From Trueperaceae bacterium (GTDB lineage Bacteria; Deinococcota; Deinococci; Deinococcales; Trueperaceae): 64,000 nt of DNA. Positions 47,184 to 58,055 of this stretch are shown one piece after another. Within the stretch, counting starts at the first letter, position 1, and every line of letters starts with the position of its first letter. The notes beneath the pieces are model-generated. The model worked only from the letters and a program-made list of their open reading frames with translations, was not told where the DNA came from and made no database searches. Location of the stretch: positions 3,968,001-4,032,000 of the forward strand of contig OZ243956.1 of assembly GCA_965214405.1 (NCBI GenBank). Direction: 5' to 3'. Position numbers and translations under genes: made by a program.

Positions 47184-49229
47184 GTGACGATGAATCTACC
47201 CCAGTGGCTGCTCGGGATTTCCGCGCTCCTCGCGGGCGCGGTGCTCCTGGGCGTGTTCGCCAAGCGCGTACGGCTGCCCCTCACCGTGGTGCTGGCGGTG
47301 GTGGGCTTCGGCGCGGGTGCGTTTTTTAGGAGTCCCCTTCAGGGTGAAGGCTTTGAAGAAGTGCTCGTGTTCTTGTTCCTGCCCGTGCTCGTGTTCGAGG
47401 CCGCGTTAGGCCTCTCCACTCGAGCTTTCTTTCGCAACCTCGTGCCCATCCTCGTGCTGGCGGTGCCCGCTTTGCTCATTTCGGCGGGGCTCGTCGGCGT
47501 AACCCTCCGCGTCGGTCTGGGGGTGCCTCTGGCGGCGGCGGGGCTTTTCGGCGTGCTCATTTCGGCCACCGACCCGGTGGCGGTGGTGGCGGTGTTCCGC
47601 GAGCTCGGGGTGCCGCGGCGGCTCCTGACGCTGGTCGAGGGGGAGAGCCTCTTAAACGACGGGGTGGCCATCGTTCTTTTCAACGTTCTCTTGGCCGCGG
47701 CGCTCGGGCGGGAGGTGAGTCTGGGCGGGGGCTTACTGGACTTTTTGATCGTGTTTTTTGGCGGCGCGCTTACAGGCGCGCTGCTGGGGTTTGCCGCCGC
47801 GCTGGTGTTGCCCTGGCTGGAAAAGCTGCCCGCGACCGCGCTCTCGGTGGCGGTCGCCTACGGCGGTTTCGTGCTGGCCGACGAGGTGTTCGGCTTTTCC
47901 GGGGTGATGGCGACGCTCGCCGCGGGTCTCGTGCTCTCGGGCAGCGCGCCGGTTCGCGCCTCCCAAGAGGTGCGGGAGGGTTGGCATGAGCTCTGGGAGG
48001 CGCTGGGTTACGTTGCCAACGCGCTACTCTTTTTGCTCATCGGTCTGGCCATCGAGCCCACGCTCCTGGTGCGTTACGGGGGGGCCATCTTACTCGCCGT
48101 CGCCGCCGTGCTCGTCGCCCGCGCGCTGGCGGTGGTGCCGCTCGTGTGGCTTTTAGAGCGCATGGCGCACATCCCGCCCTTTGGCGTCCGCAACCAGGCG
48201 GTGCTCGTCTGGGGCGGCTTGCGCGGCGGGGTGGCGCTGGCCTTGGCCCTGGCGCTGCCCGAGGAGCTGCCGCAGCGCGACCTTTTTGTCGCCATGACGG
48301 GCGGCGTGGTGCTCGTCACGCTGCTGCTGAACGCCACCACGATTTCGGCGTTGGTCCACCGGCTGGGCCTGGATAAACCGAGCCGCACCGACCGCTTTCT
48401 GGTGGGCAGCGCGCGGCTCGCCGGACTGGACGCGGCCAGAGACTGGCTTGGCGACCTGGGCCTCGAGGACCCCGCCGCCACCGCCCATCTCGACGCCGCC
48501 GAAGCGGGGGCGCGCGGGGCGTTGGAACGGCTCGACTTGACCCACGAAGAGGAGCTCGAGGTGGTGGTGCGCCGCGGGCTTTTCGTCGAGCACGAGACCT
48601 ACCAGCGTTTAAGCGACGCCGGGCTCTTGCCCCCCGCGGTCGCCCGCACGCTGCTTAACGAGGTGGGCGACCAGGTGGACGAGGTCACGCTCGGCGGAAC
48701 GGACTTAAAGGGGTTGCGTAAGCGCGAGCGGCCTCCCCTGGCCTGGCTCGCGGAGCGGCTTACGGGCGTTCTGCCCAGGCCTGTGGGAGACGACCCGACC
48801 GAACTCGCCTACGCCGAGGCGTCCGCGCGGCGGCTCGCGGCGCGCCGGACGGGCGACACCCTGGAGTTTTTCACGCGCCTGCCCAACCTAGACCCCGCGA
48901 CGGTCGAGGACGCCAAGCGGATTTTTGTGGGCTGGGAAAAGCGCGCGGAAGGCGATTTGGGTGAACTGAACGCGCAAGTCGAGCACCTCGACTTGCGCCG
49001 CCGTCAGGTCGAGGTGCTCTGCCGCGTGGCCTCGGAAGACGCGCTCGGCGCGCTCGCCGACCTCGGCCTCTTGCCTTCGCGCGTGGCGCGCGAGGCCGCC
49101 TACCTCGTCGCCGAGGGTGAGGACGCCGCCAACACCGAAGGTGACGGTGACGCCGGGGCGGGCAAGCGGGCGGAGGAGGCTGTCGTGGAGGCTACCAACG
49201 TTAGAGAAAAGGACCCGCTCGAGGATTAG
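47184..49229 (+). CDS. CPA1 Na+/H+ antiporter
   Basis: ATDPVAV, EGESLLNDG, GLRG. Confidence 0.9.
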   Translation: MTMNLPQWLLGISALLAGAVLLGVFAKRVRLPLTVVLAVVGFGAGAFFRSPLQGEGFEEVLVFLFLPVLVFEAALGLSTRAFFRNLVPILVLAVPALLISAGLVGVTLRVGLGVPLAAAGLFGVLISATDPVAVVAVFRELGVPRRLLTLVEGESLLNDGVAIVLFNVLLAAALGREVSLGGGLLDFLIVFFGGALTGALLGFAAALVLPWLEKLPATALSVAVAYGGFVLADEVFGFSGVMATLAAGLVLSGSAPVRASQEVREGWHELWEALGYVANALLFLLIGLAIEPTLLVRYGGAILLAVAAVLVARALAVVPLVWLLERMAHIPPFGVRNQAVLVWGGLRGGVALALALALPEELPQRDLFVAMTGGVVLVTLLLNATTISALVHRLGLDKPSRTDRFLVGSARLAGLDAARDWLGDLGLEDPAATAHLDAAEAGARGALERLDLTHEEELEVVVRRGLFVEHETYQRLSDAGLLPPAVARTLLNEVGDQVDEVTLGGTDLKGLRKRERPPLAWLAERLTGVLPRPVGDDPTELAYAEASARRLAARRTGDTLEFFTRLPNLDPATVEDAKRIFVGWEKRAEGDLGELNAQVEHLDLRRRQVEVLCRVASEDALGALADLGLLPSRVAREAAYLVAEGEDAANTEGDGDAGAGKRAEEAVVEATNVREKDPLED

Positions 49230-49798
49230 CGCCGGGGTGTCCCAAGAGCAAGCCCGTTACCACGCAAGCCCGACGCGCACGCGACGCACAGAAAAGACGT
49301 CTACAAAAGTTAGAGGGGATGCAAAAACGCGTCCTGATAGAGAGAAGACCGGTGTTGCCCCCCGGAATTGTGGCAACATGTGTCACAGAGCAGCCATAGC
49401 CAAGCGGCCCAGGTTATATGGACCGCTTGGCGGCTGAGTTTTCTGGCGGGCTTTAGTGAACTTCCTTTAGTGAACTTCTATGTCGCTGACGGCGACGGTT
49501 TCACTGCCCAGCTCGAGCTCCCCACCCCGACAGGTAAGCTTCCCACTGAGCTGACCATCCTGAGCTGACCATCTCGGAAGGAGCAAAGTTTTGCGGGGGA
49601 GGCCAGGCACGCACCGATTTTCCAGGGTTTTAATTCTGGGTCGAACTTCTGAGTACCGCCCAACCTTGGTGTCCGAAAGTTGGGCAGGCGTTGGCTAAAC
49701 GCCTGATGTTTCAAACGCCAGAGGAAAAAGAAGGGGCTGTGTAGCTATGAAACCCGCTATACTTTCGACTTGGCCTCAGCCCCTTCTAAGCCCGAGGG

Positions 49799-50995
49799 CT
49801 AAACCCCCGCGAACGCCTCCTGCCGGAGCGCGTCAACCTTGTTGGTCGCCTCCCAGGGAAACTCGGCGCGGCCGAAGTGACCGTAGGCGCTCGTGGCGCG
49901 ATAAATGGGCCTGCGCAGCTCGAGCGCGTCGATAATGGCGGCGGGGCGCGCGTCGAACACTTTACCGACGAGCCCACTTAGCGCCTCGTCTGAAAGTTCG
50001 GAGGTGCCAAAGGTTTCGACAAACATCCCGACAGGGCGCGCCACGCCGATCGCGTAGGCGAGCCCCACCTGCGCGCGCCTAGCCAGGCCCGCCGCGACGA
50101 TGTTTTTGGCTATAAAACGCGCGTAGTACGAGCCGCTGCGGTCGACTTTGGTGGGGTCCTTGCCGCTAAACGCGCCGCCGCCGTGCGGGGCCGCGCCGCC
50201 GTAGGTGTCGACGATAATCTTGCGCCCGGTGAGCCCCGCGTCGCCCTGCGGGCCGCCAATCACAAAGCGCCCGGTGGGGTTGATAAAGGTGCGCATCTTG
50301 TTGGTCAGGTATGTGCCTGGAATAACGTGATAGACGACCTCCCTAAGCACATCCTCGCGCAAGGTCTCCTGCGACACCTCGGGGTCGTGCTGCGCTGAGA
50401 CGACCACCGTCGTCACCTCGACGGGTGTGTCGCCCTCATAGGCCACGGTGACCTGCGCTTTACCGTCGGGACGCAAGTAGGGGAGCACGCCCGTACGGCG
50501 CACCTCCGCCAAGCGTTTGGTGAGGCCGTGCGCTAAGGTGATGGGCAGCGGCATGAGCTGGGGTGTTTCGGTCGTCGCGTAGCCGAACATGAGCCCCTGG
50601 TCGCCCGCGCCGGTTTGATCGTAGGGGTCGTCAAGGTCGCCGGAGCGCGCCTCCTGCGCCCGGCTCACCCCCTGCGCGATGTCGGGCGACTGCTCGTTGA
50701 TGGCGATCAAGACGGCGGCGTGATCCGCGTCGATGCCGTAATCCGAATTCGTATAGCCCACCTCGCGCACGGTGTCGCGCACGATTTTTTGCAAATCCAC
50801 ATAACCGTGACAGGTGATTTCGCCCGCGATGAGCGCCAGGCCGGTGGTAAGAATCGTTTCCGCCGCCACCCTGGCCTGCGGGTCGATCGTCAAAATAGCG
50901 TCCAAAACGCTGTCGCTGATGCGGTCGGCCAGTTTGTCCGGGTGTCCCTCGGTCACCGACTCGGAGGTAAACAGTTTTTGCATAGTTTTTTGCAT
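49799..50995 (-). CDS. metK: S-adenosylmethionine synthetase
   Basis: [28 protein letters not shown]. Confidence 0.98.
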   Translation of the reverse strand: MQKTMQKLFTSESVTEGHPDKLADRISDSVLDAILTIDPQARVAAETILTTGLALIAGEITCHGYVDLQKIVRDTVREVGYTNSDYGIDADHAAVLIAINEQSPDIAQGVSRAQEARSGDLDDPYDQTGAGDQGLMFGYATTETPQLMPLPITLAHGLTKRLAEVRRTGVLPYLRPDGKAQVTVAYEGDTPVEVTTVVVSAQHDPEVSQETLREDVLREVVYHVIPGTYLTNKMRTFINPTGRFVIGGPQGDAGLTGRKIIVDTYGGAAPHGGGAFSGKDPTKVDRSGSYYARFIAKNIVAAGLARRAQVGLAYAIGVARPVGMFVETFGTSELSDEALSGLVGKVFDARPAAIIDALELRRPIYRATSAYGHFGRAEFPWEATNKVDALRQEAFAGV

Positions 50996-51269
50996 GGTGC
51001 GGTCTCCTTTTCTCAAAAACCCGCTTGTGGCTGCTTTTATATCCTTTTACGCCTGCGCCCGTCCAGGTCGGCTTTGCTCACTTTTGCTTCCGTCCCTTTC
51101 CTGACTCACGTGAGGCTGCGCGCGTCCCTGGGGGCATTCAAGAACGAAAGTATAGCAGGGTGAGAAAATGCCCACCTCCGCCCTCCGCACCATTTTTTAT
51201 GCCGTCAGACTCAGTAGTATTCCGTCCTCGGCACGGTTCTAAGCGTGAGCGCCCCCTATACTCTCCCTT

Positions 51270-51800
51270 ATGCCTCTTTCTTTTCGCCCCGCCGACCCCG
51301 ACGACGCAGCCGCGCTCACCACGTTGCAGCGCTCTATTTATCAGGAAGGCCGCTGGTTCGTGGGCGACGGCCCCGTGGCGGTGGAGACGCTCGCGCGGCG
51401 TTTGCGTGCCCTGGATGAGACGATGAGCCTTTTTTTGGTGGCGGCCACGCCGGAGCTTGCGGGCTGGCTCGAGCTGAGCCGCTTAGCTCCTGCCCGCTTG
51501 CGGCACGTGGCCGTCCTCACCCTCGCCGTGGGCGCGTCCTGGCGGCGGCAGGGGCTGGGAAGGGGACTTTTAGAACGCGCCTACCCGTGGGCGTCGCGCG
51601 TGGGGGTCGAGAAAATCCAGCTCAACGTGCGCGCCAACAACCGCGCGGCGTTGTCTCTTTACGAGGCGGAGGGCTTTGAGCTAGAAGGCCGCGAGGCGCG
51701 CCAAATCCGCGAGAACGGTGGGTACGAAGACAACCTCATCATGGCTAAGTTTTTATCACGGTTTTCGGCACAGTCCTTAACACGGTTTTCGGCACAGTGA
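51270..51800 (+). CDS. GNAT acetyltransferase
   Basis: RRQGLG, N.AA..LY...GF. Confidence 0.85.
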   Translation: MPLSFRPADPDDAAALTTLQRSIYQEGRWFVGDGPVAVETLARRLRALDETMSLFLVAATPELAGWLELSRLAPARLRHVAVLTLAVGASWRRQGLGRGLLERAYPWASRVGVEKIQLNVRANNRAALSLYEAEGFELEGREARQIRENGGYEDNLIMAKFLSRFSAQSLTRFSAQ

Positions 51801-52333
51801 GCGCTCCCGCCGACCCTTTCACCTGGCCTGAACAGCGCGTGGGGCTCTTTGTCGATACCCAAAATCTTTATTACGGGGCTCGAGACGGCGCGGACGCCGG
51901 GGGGCGTCAGGTAGACTACGCAACGCTCCTCACCCTGGCGGCGGGCTCGAGGCGTCTCGCACAGGCCACCGCCTACGTGGTCGAGCGTTCCGGCGAGGCG
52001 ACCGCCTACGGCTTCGTCACCAAGCTCTCCGCGCTGGGCTACCGGGTGCGCCGCCGCACGCTGCGCCTGCGCCGCTTAGACGACGGCGGGCGGCCCGTGC
52101 TGGACGGCGACTGGGACATGGGCATCGCCGCCGACATGGTGCGCGCCTGGGAAGGGCTCGACGTGCTCGCTTTGGCGAGCGGTGACGGCGACTTCGTGCC
52201 CATCCTAGAGCTCGCCCAAGCGCGCGGTTTGCGCGTCGAGGTGCTGGCGTTCAAGGAAACCACCGCGCAGGCGCTCGCCGACCTCGCCGACCGTTTTGTT
52301 CACCTGCCGGATGTTGAGGGGATTTTCGTTTGA
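51797..52333 (+). CDS. NYN-domain (LabA/DUF88) protein
   Basis: FVDTQNLY, DWDMG, SGDGDF. Confidence 0.88.
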   Translation: MSAPADPFTWPEQRVGLFVDTQNLYYGARDGADAGGRQVDYATLLTLAAGSRRLAQATAYVVERSGEATAYGFVTKLSALGYRVRRRTLRLRRLDDGGRPVLDGDWDMGIAADMVRAWEGLDVLALASGDGDFVPILELAQARGLRVEVLAFKETTAQALADLADRFVHLPDVEGIFV

Positions 52334-52508
52334 CGCGCGTGATGCAGATGTCGGTGTGAGGTGGGGTGCGGGGGAGACGGGGCGGTGGGGAGAACGTTTT
52401 CACCCCCAACTTCCCTAATTCCCAATCTTCCTACGCTCACGCGGAGGGCTCGAGTAAGGTTTTCGTGAGAGGGTAGCCGCTACCCTATAAGCAGAAACAG
52501 GAGGCATC

Positions 52509-53246
52509 ATGGAGACATTATCCCCCTCACGCTCCAGCACGTTGCATATTGATACGTCGCGCTTTTGCACCCCGCGCGTCCACCCTTTACCCCCTGACGG
52601 TACGTTTCACAACAGGGTGTCTCACAATGGGGTGTCTCACAATGGGGTGTCTCACAACAAAGGAGCGCGTAACGGTGCCATCCGGCCCACGGTGCAGATA
52701 GAAACGCTTTCTTATGACGCCGACGCCCGTTGGTCCGCTCCTCTGCCCGCGCTCGACTCAGAGCAAACGCTTCTATTAGTGTTTGGTGGGGCGCTCGGCA
52801 ATGTGGTAGAGCCTGTTGCGGACCTGGTTAAAGCGTATCCCAAGTCTCGCCTCGTCGGGTGCTCGAGGCCCTGCAACGCGCAAAACGTGCCAGACGCCGT
52901 CTCGGTCACCTTTATGCGCTTTAGCTACTCGCACCTCCACGTCACCTACGTCCCCGTCACGCCACCCGCCGCAGGAGATGATGTCGCCCGGCCGGTGGGC
53001 GAGAGAATCGCCAAGAACCTTCTTGCACCCGCCTTGCAAGGCGTCATGCTTTTTCCCGGTGTACCGGATATTGACAGCGACGATTTGCTCGAGAGCGCCA
53101 AGGCCGCGCTGCCGCGCACCGTCACCCTAACGAGCTTTGCGAGCGGCGCTCAGAGTTGTCAGGGTTGGGCCGTGGGCTGGGGCGGACCCCAGCGGAACGT
53201 GGTCGCAGCCGTGGGTCTTTACGGCGAGCGGGTGGTGTTTGACTAG
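52509..53246 (+). CDS. FIST N-terminal domain-like protein
   Basis: LLLVFG...YP...LVGCS, AVGLYG; appears to lack FIST_C. Confidence 0.6.
   Translation: METLSPSRSSTLHIDTSRFCTPRVHPLPPDGTFHNRVSHNGVSHNGVSHNKGARNGAIRPTVQIETLSYDADARWSAPLPALDSEQTLLLVFGGALGNVVEPVADLVKAYPKSRLVGCSRPCNAQNVPDAVSVTFMRFSYSHLHVTYVPVTPPAAGDDVARPVGERIAKNLLAPALQGVMLFPGVPDIDSDDLLESAKAALPRTVTLTSFASGAQSCQGWAVGWGGPQRNVVAAVGLYGERVVFD
52608..52658. repeat. In-frame 15-bp tandem repeat (about 3.4 units)
   Basis: CACAATGGGGTGTCT units encoding HNGVS. Confidence 0.85.
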
Positions 53247-53389
53247 CGCGAGGTGCCTTTTATGTGAGCGTGGATGATTCACGAGCAAACGTTCAGGACG
53301 TCGTGGCTCAGCCAGGGTTTAAGGGAGGTCCCTAAGGTGGTTCTGCTCACCTTTCGGGGAACCCTTGTATTCCGGCCCTCATCCTCTTT

Positions 53390-54883
53390 TTACCCTCGAG
53401 CTTCGCTGTCGCTTGGTTTGTGCCAGGCGCGGCCCTCATTCTCTAGCAGCTCGTCCGCCGCCGCCGGTCCCCAACTTCCCGCCTCGTAAAACGCGGGCTC
53501 CCCGCTTGTCGATTCCCAGTAGTTGAGCAGCGGCTCGATCACCCGCCACTGCGCCTCGACCTCGTCGGCGCGCATGAAGAGCGTCGCGTCGCCCTCCATC
53601 GTGTCTAAGATGAGCGTTTCGTAGGCGTCGGGGGTGGGGCGGTCGAACTCCTCGTCATAAAGGAAGTTCATCGAGACGCGTTTTAGATCGATGTCACCCC
53701 CCGGCGCTTTGGCGTTAAAACGAAGTGAGATGCCCTCGTTGGGCGCCAAGCGCAAGATGAGGCGGTCGGGCTCGAGCGGCTCCTCAAGCGAAAACGGCAC
53801 GTGCGGCGGGCGCTTCATCTGCAACACGATTTCGCTCGCTTTGTCCGCTAAGCGCTTGCCGCTCCGCACAAAAAAGGGCACCCCGGCCCAGCGCCAGTTC
53901 TCGATGCGAAATTCTACCGCGGCGTAAGTCGCCTGGCGCGAACCCTCAGCCACATCCTCTTCATCGCGGTAGCCTTTCGCGTCGCCGTTGGCTGCATACT
54001 GACCAATCACGGCCTTCGCCGGGTTCACGCAGCACATCGCCTCGAAGACCTTGACTTTTTCGTCGCGGACGCTCTTGGCGTCGTAGCGCGCGGGCGGCTC
54101 GGTGGCGATGAGGGCGACGAGCTGCAAAAGGTGGTTCTGGAACACGTCACGAATCACCCCCGCCGCCTCATAAAAGGAGCCGCGGCCCTCGACGCCCATC
54201 GGCTCGGCCATCGTGATTTGCACGTGGTCGATGTACTGCGAGTTCCAGATGGGCTCAAAGACGGTGTTGCCGAAGCGTAGCGCGGCTAAGTTCTGCGCGG
54301 TTTCTTTGGCGAGGTAATGGTCGATGCGGTAGACCTGAGATTCGTCGAAGTGCTCGAGGATGGTCTCATTGAGCCGTTCCGCGCTCTCCAGATCCGTCCC
54401 AAAAGGTTTCTCCACGACCAACCGCGCCGCGCCGCCTTTGCTCTCGTTGAGCCCGACCGCGGCTAAGCAGCGGGCGATGCTCTCATAGGTACCGGGCGGG
54501 GTGGCGGTATAAAAGATGCGGGTGGAGAGGCCCAGTTCGTTAAGGTGCTCGCTCAGCTTCTCGAAGCTCGCCCCGTCGTCGTACGACCCCTGTACAAAGG
54601 TGAAGCGGGGGGCCAGCTCCTCCCAGGTGTCTTCGTCAAAATCATCCTTGTCAAACTCTTGCAGCGCCTCTTTGACCTCTTTGCGCAAATCCTCATCCGA
54701 CCAGTCGCGGCGCGAGAAGCCGACGATCTGCGTGTCGGGGTTCAGTTCGCCCTTGGTGTGGAGCGCGTAGAGCGCGGGCATGAGTTTACGCGCGGCCAAG
54801 TCGCCCGTCACGCCGAAAATCACAAAGGCGCAGGGCGGGGCGCTTTCGGAATTCGCGGGGGCGGGGCTCGAGCCAGAACTCAC
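53390..54883 (-). CDS. zwf: Glucose-6-phosphate dehydrogenase
   Basis: GVTGDLA, EKPFG, RIDHYL, QNHL. Confidence 0.97.
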   Translation of the reverse strand: MSSGSSPAPANSESAPPCAFVIFGVTGDLAARKLMPALYALHTKGELNPDTQIVGFSRRDWSDEDLRKEVKEALQEFDKDDFDEDTWEELAPRFTFVQGSYDDGASFEKLSEHLNELGLSTRIFYTATPPGTYESIARCLAAVGLNESKGGAARLVVEKPFGTDLESAERLNETILEHFDESQVYRIDHYLAKETAQNLAALRFGNTVFEPIWNSQYIDHVQITMAEPMGVEGRGSFYEAAGVIRDVFQNHLLQLVALIATEPPARYDAKSVRDEKVKVFEAMCCVNPAKAVIGQYAANGDAKGYRDEEDVAEGSRQATYAAVEFRIENWRWAGVPFFVRSGKRLADKASEIVLQMKRPPHVPFSLEEPLEPDRLILRLAPNEGISLRFNAKAPGGDIDLKRVSMNFLYDEEFDRPTPDAYETLILDTMEGDATLFMRADEVEAQWRVIEPLLNYWESTSGEPAFYEAGSWGPAAADELLENEGRAWHKPSDSEARG

Positions 54884-55848
54884 GACCTACCCACCTCCCT
54901 CTCTTTTTGCTCCACCGTCTCCTTCTGGTCTTGCTGCTCGAGCTTTTCTTCCAACTTCTTCACGCTGTGCCCGCCGAACTCGTTACGCAGCGCCGCGGCC
55001 ACCTTGGCGGCGAAGGAGTGCTGCTGGCGGCTCGAGAAGCGCGCGAACAACGCCGCCGCGAGCGCGGGCATCGGTACGGCCCGGTCAATGCTATATTCCA
55101 GAGTCCAGCGGCCCATCCCCGAGTCGTCCACGTAGCCTTCGATTTTTTCCAACCGCTTATCGTCTTGGAGCGCGTCTACCGTCAGGTCCAGGAGCCACGA
55201 GCGGATGACCGAGCCGTGCATCCACAGGTCCGCAATCTGGTGGAGGTCTAGGTCGGCGTGTTCAAACGAGGCCATGAGCGCAAAGCCCTCGCCGTAGGAC
55301 TGCATGAGCGCGTATTCGACGCCGTTATGCACCATCTTGACAAAGTGCCCCGCGCCGTTGGGGCCGACGTGCGCGTAGCCGCCCTCGGGCGCGAGCGTCC
55401 GCATGATGGGCTCGACCGTCTTAAAGGTTTCGTCCGTCGCGCCGACCATCAGGTTATAGCCAATCCGCAAGCCCCACACGCCGCCCGACACGCCCGCGTC
55501 GACGTAGTGGACCCCGTGCTCCTCGAGCTCTTTGGCGCGCCGCATCGAGTCGCGCCAGTCGGAGTTGGCCCCGTCGACAATGATGTCGCCCTCCTCTAGC
55601 GACTCCAGCGCCTCATGGATGCTGTTCTCGGTGATGACGCCCGAGGGGAGCATGAGCCAGACCACGCGGGGGGCCTCGAGCTTAGCGATCATGTCGCTCA
55701 GGCCGCTCGAGCCCGTTGCCCCCTCGTCTACAAGCTCCTGAACGTGCGCTTCTGAAAGGTCAAAAACCACGACCTCGTGCCCGCCCTCGATGAGGCGTTT
55801 GGTCATATCGCCGCCCATTTTGCCGAGTCCTACCATGCCGAGTTTCAT
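54880..55848 (-). CDS. gnd: 6-phosphogluconate dehydrogenase, short form
   Basis: GLGKMG, GVSGG, KMVHNGVEY, LRNEFGGH. Confidence 0.95.
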   Translation of the reverse strand: MKLGMVGLGKMGGDMTKRLIEGGHEVVVFDLSEAHVQELVDEGATGSSGLSDMIAKLEAPRVVWLMLPSGVITENSIHEALESLEEGDIIVDGANSDWRDSMRRAKELEEHGVHYVDAGVSGGVWGLRIGYNLMVGATDETFKTVEPIMRTLAPEGGYAHVGPNGAGHFVKMVHNGVEYALMQSYGEGFALMASFEHADLDLHQIADLWMHGSVIRSWLLDLTVDALQDDKRLEKIEGYVDDSGMGRWTLEYSIDRAVPMPALAAALFARFSSRQQHSFAAKVAAALRNEFGGHSVKKLEEKLEQQDQKETVEQKEREVGRS

Positions 55849-56032
55849 GCCAACCTCCAGGGTCTAGGGGGGATCATCCCGCGTAAGAAAGGTTCAGCCT
55901 GTTCACACCTTTCAAGACTCAGTTTACAGGATGGCTCCTGCGCTGAATCAAACTCGGTAGAGACGAAACCTCCAGGCCTTGATGCTAGCAGAGTGGGCCG
56001 CGGCGAGTGTGTAGCCGCTTTGGCAGAACGCC

Positions 56033-56386
56033 TCAAGTTGCCCCTGGCGCGCTAAGGAGGGTGGCTCGCCCAAAAAGCATTATAAAAGCCTCCGCCGCCG
56101 GGACGAGGCGGCGCACGTCGTCGTCGCGCCGGGTCTCGTCGCGGTAGCGAAATTGCAGGGTCCAGGCTCGAGCGAGCGCCCGCGCGTCGTTAGCCTCGAG
56201 CGCCTCCGCGCCTCGCCCCAATAGAAAGGGGAGATCGAAACACGACTCGACCCAAGGCTGGTGGCTGCTCTCAAAGGCCGCCAGGGCATCTTTTAGCGCG
56301 CGTTGATGACGCCGCCGACGTTTGAAATTGTCCAAGCAGCCCAGGTGAAACGTGAAGACGCGTCTATATGCCGCTGTAAGGTTCAC
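56033..56386 (-). CDS. Hypothetical protein
   Basis: GGAGGTG RBS before GTG 56386. Confidence 0.55.
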   Translation of the reverse strand: MNLTAAYRRVFTFHLGCLDNFKRRRRHQRALKDALAAFESSHQPWVESCFDLPFLLGRGAEALEANDARALARAWTLQFRYRDETRRDDDVRRLVPAAEAFIMLFGRATLLSAPGAT

Positions 56387-56481
56387 TCGGCACCTCCTGG
56401 TAAAGGCTACCGGGAGGGTTGGGGGTGTTGTTTCCACCAAGGTCGAAGTATGAGGGTGCGACACCCCCTTAAAATGAAGGC

Positions 56482-57174
56482 ATGGACCAAACGGTAGATA
56501 TGCAACAAACGGTAGCCTCAGCCGCCGCACTCATGGGCGACCCGGCGCGCGCACGAATGCTTCTGTCTTTGATGGGCGGCCAGGCTCGCCCCGCCTCGGA
56601 ACTGGCGCGCGTCGCCCGCGTCTCGCCTCAGACGGCCAGCGCCCACCTCGCCAAATTGCAGCAGGGGGGCTTACTGACGGTCGAGCGCCACGGGCGCTAC
56701 CGCTACTACCGGCTGGCCGGGGGGGCGGTCGCCGACGTCATAGAGTCTTTGCAGAACCTGGCGGCGCTTCCTGTCGAAGAGATAAAGGGCACGTCCGATG
56801 AACCCCTGATGTTCGCCCGCACCTGCTACGACCATCTTGCCGGTAGGGTGGCCGTCGCCCTTGCCGACGCTTTGCTGGCGGGCGGCTTTATTGGACTCGA
56901 GGCGAACTGCTACCACGTTACATCTCACGGAGAGCGAGCCTTTACAGAGTTGGACGTCGACTTACGCGCGCTTGCCCGGCAGCGGCGTTCCCTGGCTAAG
57001 CCGTGCCTGGACTGGACGGAGCGGCGTTATCACGTGGCAGGGGCTCTCGGCGCTGCGCTCACCGCGCAACTTTTTCATAGAAAGTGGCTGGTGCGCTTAG
57101 AAAGTAGCCGCGCCGTTCACCTGACCCCTGGCGGCCTCGAGGGCCTAGAGAACGCGTTCGGCGTCAGGCTCTGA
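56482..57174 (+). CDS. ArsR/SmtB-family regulator
   Basis: DPAR, SAHL, GRYRYY, ARTCYDHLAG, CLDWTERR. Confidence 0.9.
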   Translation: MDQTVDMQQTVASAAALMGDPARARMLLSLMGGQARPASELARVARVSPQTASAHLAKLQQGGLLTVERHGRYRYYRLAGGAVADVIESLQNLAALPVEEIKGTSDEPLMFARTCYDHLAGRVAVALADALLAGGFIGLEANCYHVTSHGERAFTELDVDLRALARQRRSLAKPCLDWTERRYHVAGALGAALTAQLFHRKWLVRLESSRAVHLTPGGLEGLENAFGVRL

Positions 57175-57549
57175 GAGGGCTGTAGAAGAGGCTTTTGAGT
57201 GATGTGTGTCTACTTCGGGCACTGGTACGAACAGCGTAGCAATCTCACTACGGGTTTCGGCGTCTTTCAGGGCGATGTCGAGTCGGCACCCTAGCGCCTG
57301 GGCGTAGCGACTGAGCACCTCGAGCGCCAACGCCGCCCCCTCGACACTCTCAATCTGCGACACACGCGGACGCGTCACGCCCATGCGCTCGGCAACCTCA
57401 CGCTGGCTTAACCCCTTAGCCTCGCGCACAGCGCGCAGCGCCGCCCCAATCTCTTCGTTAGCGACCTCGCGGTACAGAGCGGCGTAGTCAGGGTCTTGCA
57501 AAAATTCCTTAGTTAAGTCACTCGCTCGTTTCAAAGGATGTTTTGGCAT
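57145..57549 (-). CDS. XRE-HTH antitoxin (HigA-like)
   Basis: LSQREVAERMGVTRPRVSQIE; downstream of the toxin. Confidence 0.82.
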   Translation of the reverse strand: MPKHPLKRASDLTKEFLQDPDYAALYREVANEEIGAALRAVREAKGLSQREVAERMGVTRPRVSQIESVEGAALALEVLSRYAQALGCRLDIALKDAETRSEIATLFVPVPEVDTHHSKASSTALSEPDAERVL

Positions 57550-57553
57550 GTTG

Positions 57554-57913
57554 TCACTCCTTGTTGTACTCCTCAAAAGCCGCCAAAGCTTTTTTAATGA
57601 GCTTACGGTCAGCCTGGTTCTGCTGTTTCACTTCACCTGCGGCGGCAATGAATACCTCTTTGTCCTGTTGCCAATAATAAATGCGTACCGCGTTACGTCC
57701 GGTTTTGCCTCGTAGTTCGTAAATCGGCCCGTCGATATGACTGACGTAGGGAAAGGATAAGGTCGTACCCTTGTCCTCGAGCAAAGCAATGAGCCGATCG
57801 ACTTTCGCAGAGGCCCTGGGATTGGAGCGCCGAAGTGCCTTGCGCCACTCACGAAACTCGGAGTAACCGGTTTCATCCTCGTACTCGTAAACAACATAGG
57901 GTGTAAAACTCAC
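57554..57913 (-). CDS. RelE/ParE (HigB/Gp49-like) toxin
   Basis: FPYVSHIDGPIYELR, VRIYY; toxin-first gene order. Confidence 0.82.
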   Translation of the reverse strand: MSFTPYVVYEYEDETGYSEFREWRKALRRSNPRASAKVDRLIALLEDKGTTLSFPYVSHIDGPIYELRGKTGRNAVRIYYWQQDKEVFIAAAGEVKQQNQADRKLIKKALAAFEEYNKE

Positions 57914-58055
57914 GGCATTCTCGATAGTATAGTAGTTGAGAAGGGGAGGTTAGTCAAGACTAACCCTACAGGACTGCATCTTCCTTAGCTCTGAAGTTCC
58001 GCATGTCCGGCACACCTCAAACTTTTGTAGCTCTGGCCTTTGCGACTTAGATAAG

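Noticed and set aside
49560..49590. SRP RNA-like CGGAAGGAGCA
   Set aside because: No matching GTCAGG helix or long flanking stem
55938..56030. c-di-AMP (ydaO) riboswitch suggested by CGCTGAATC
   Set aside because: Remaining consensus is absent and it points into a gene 3' end
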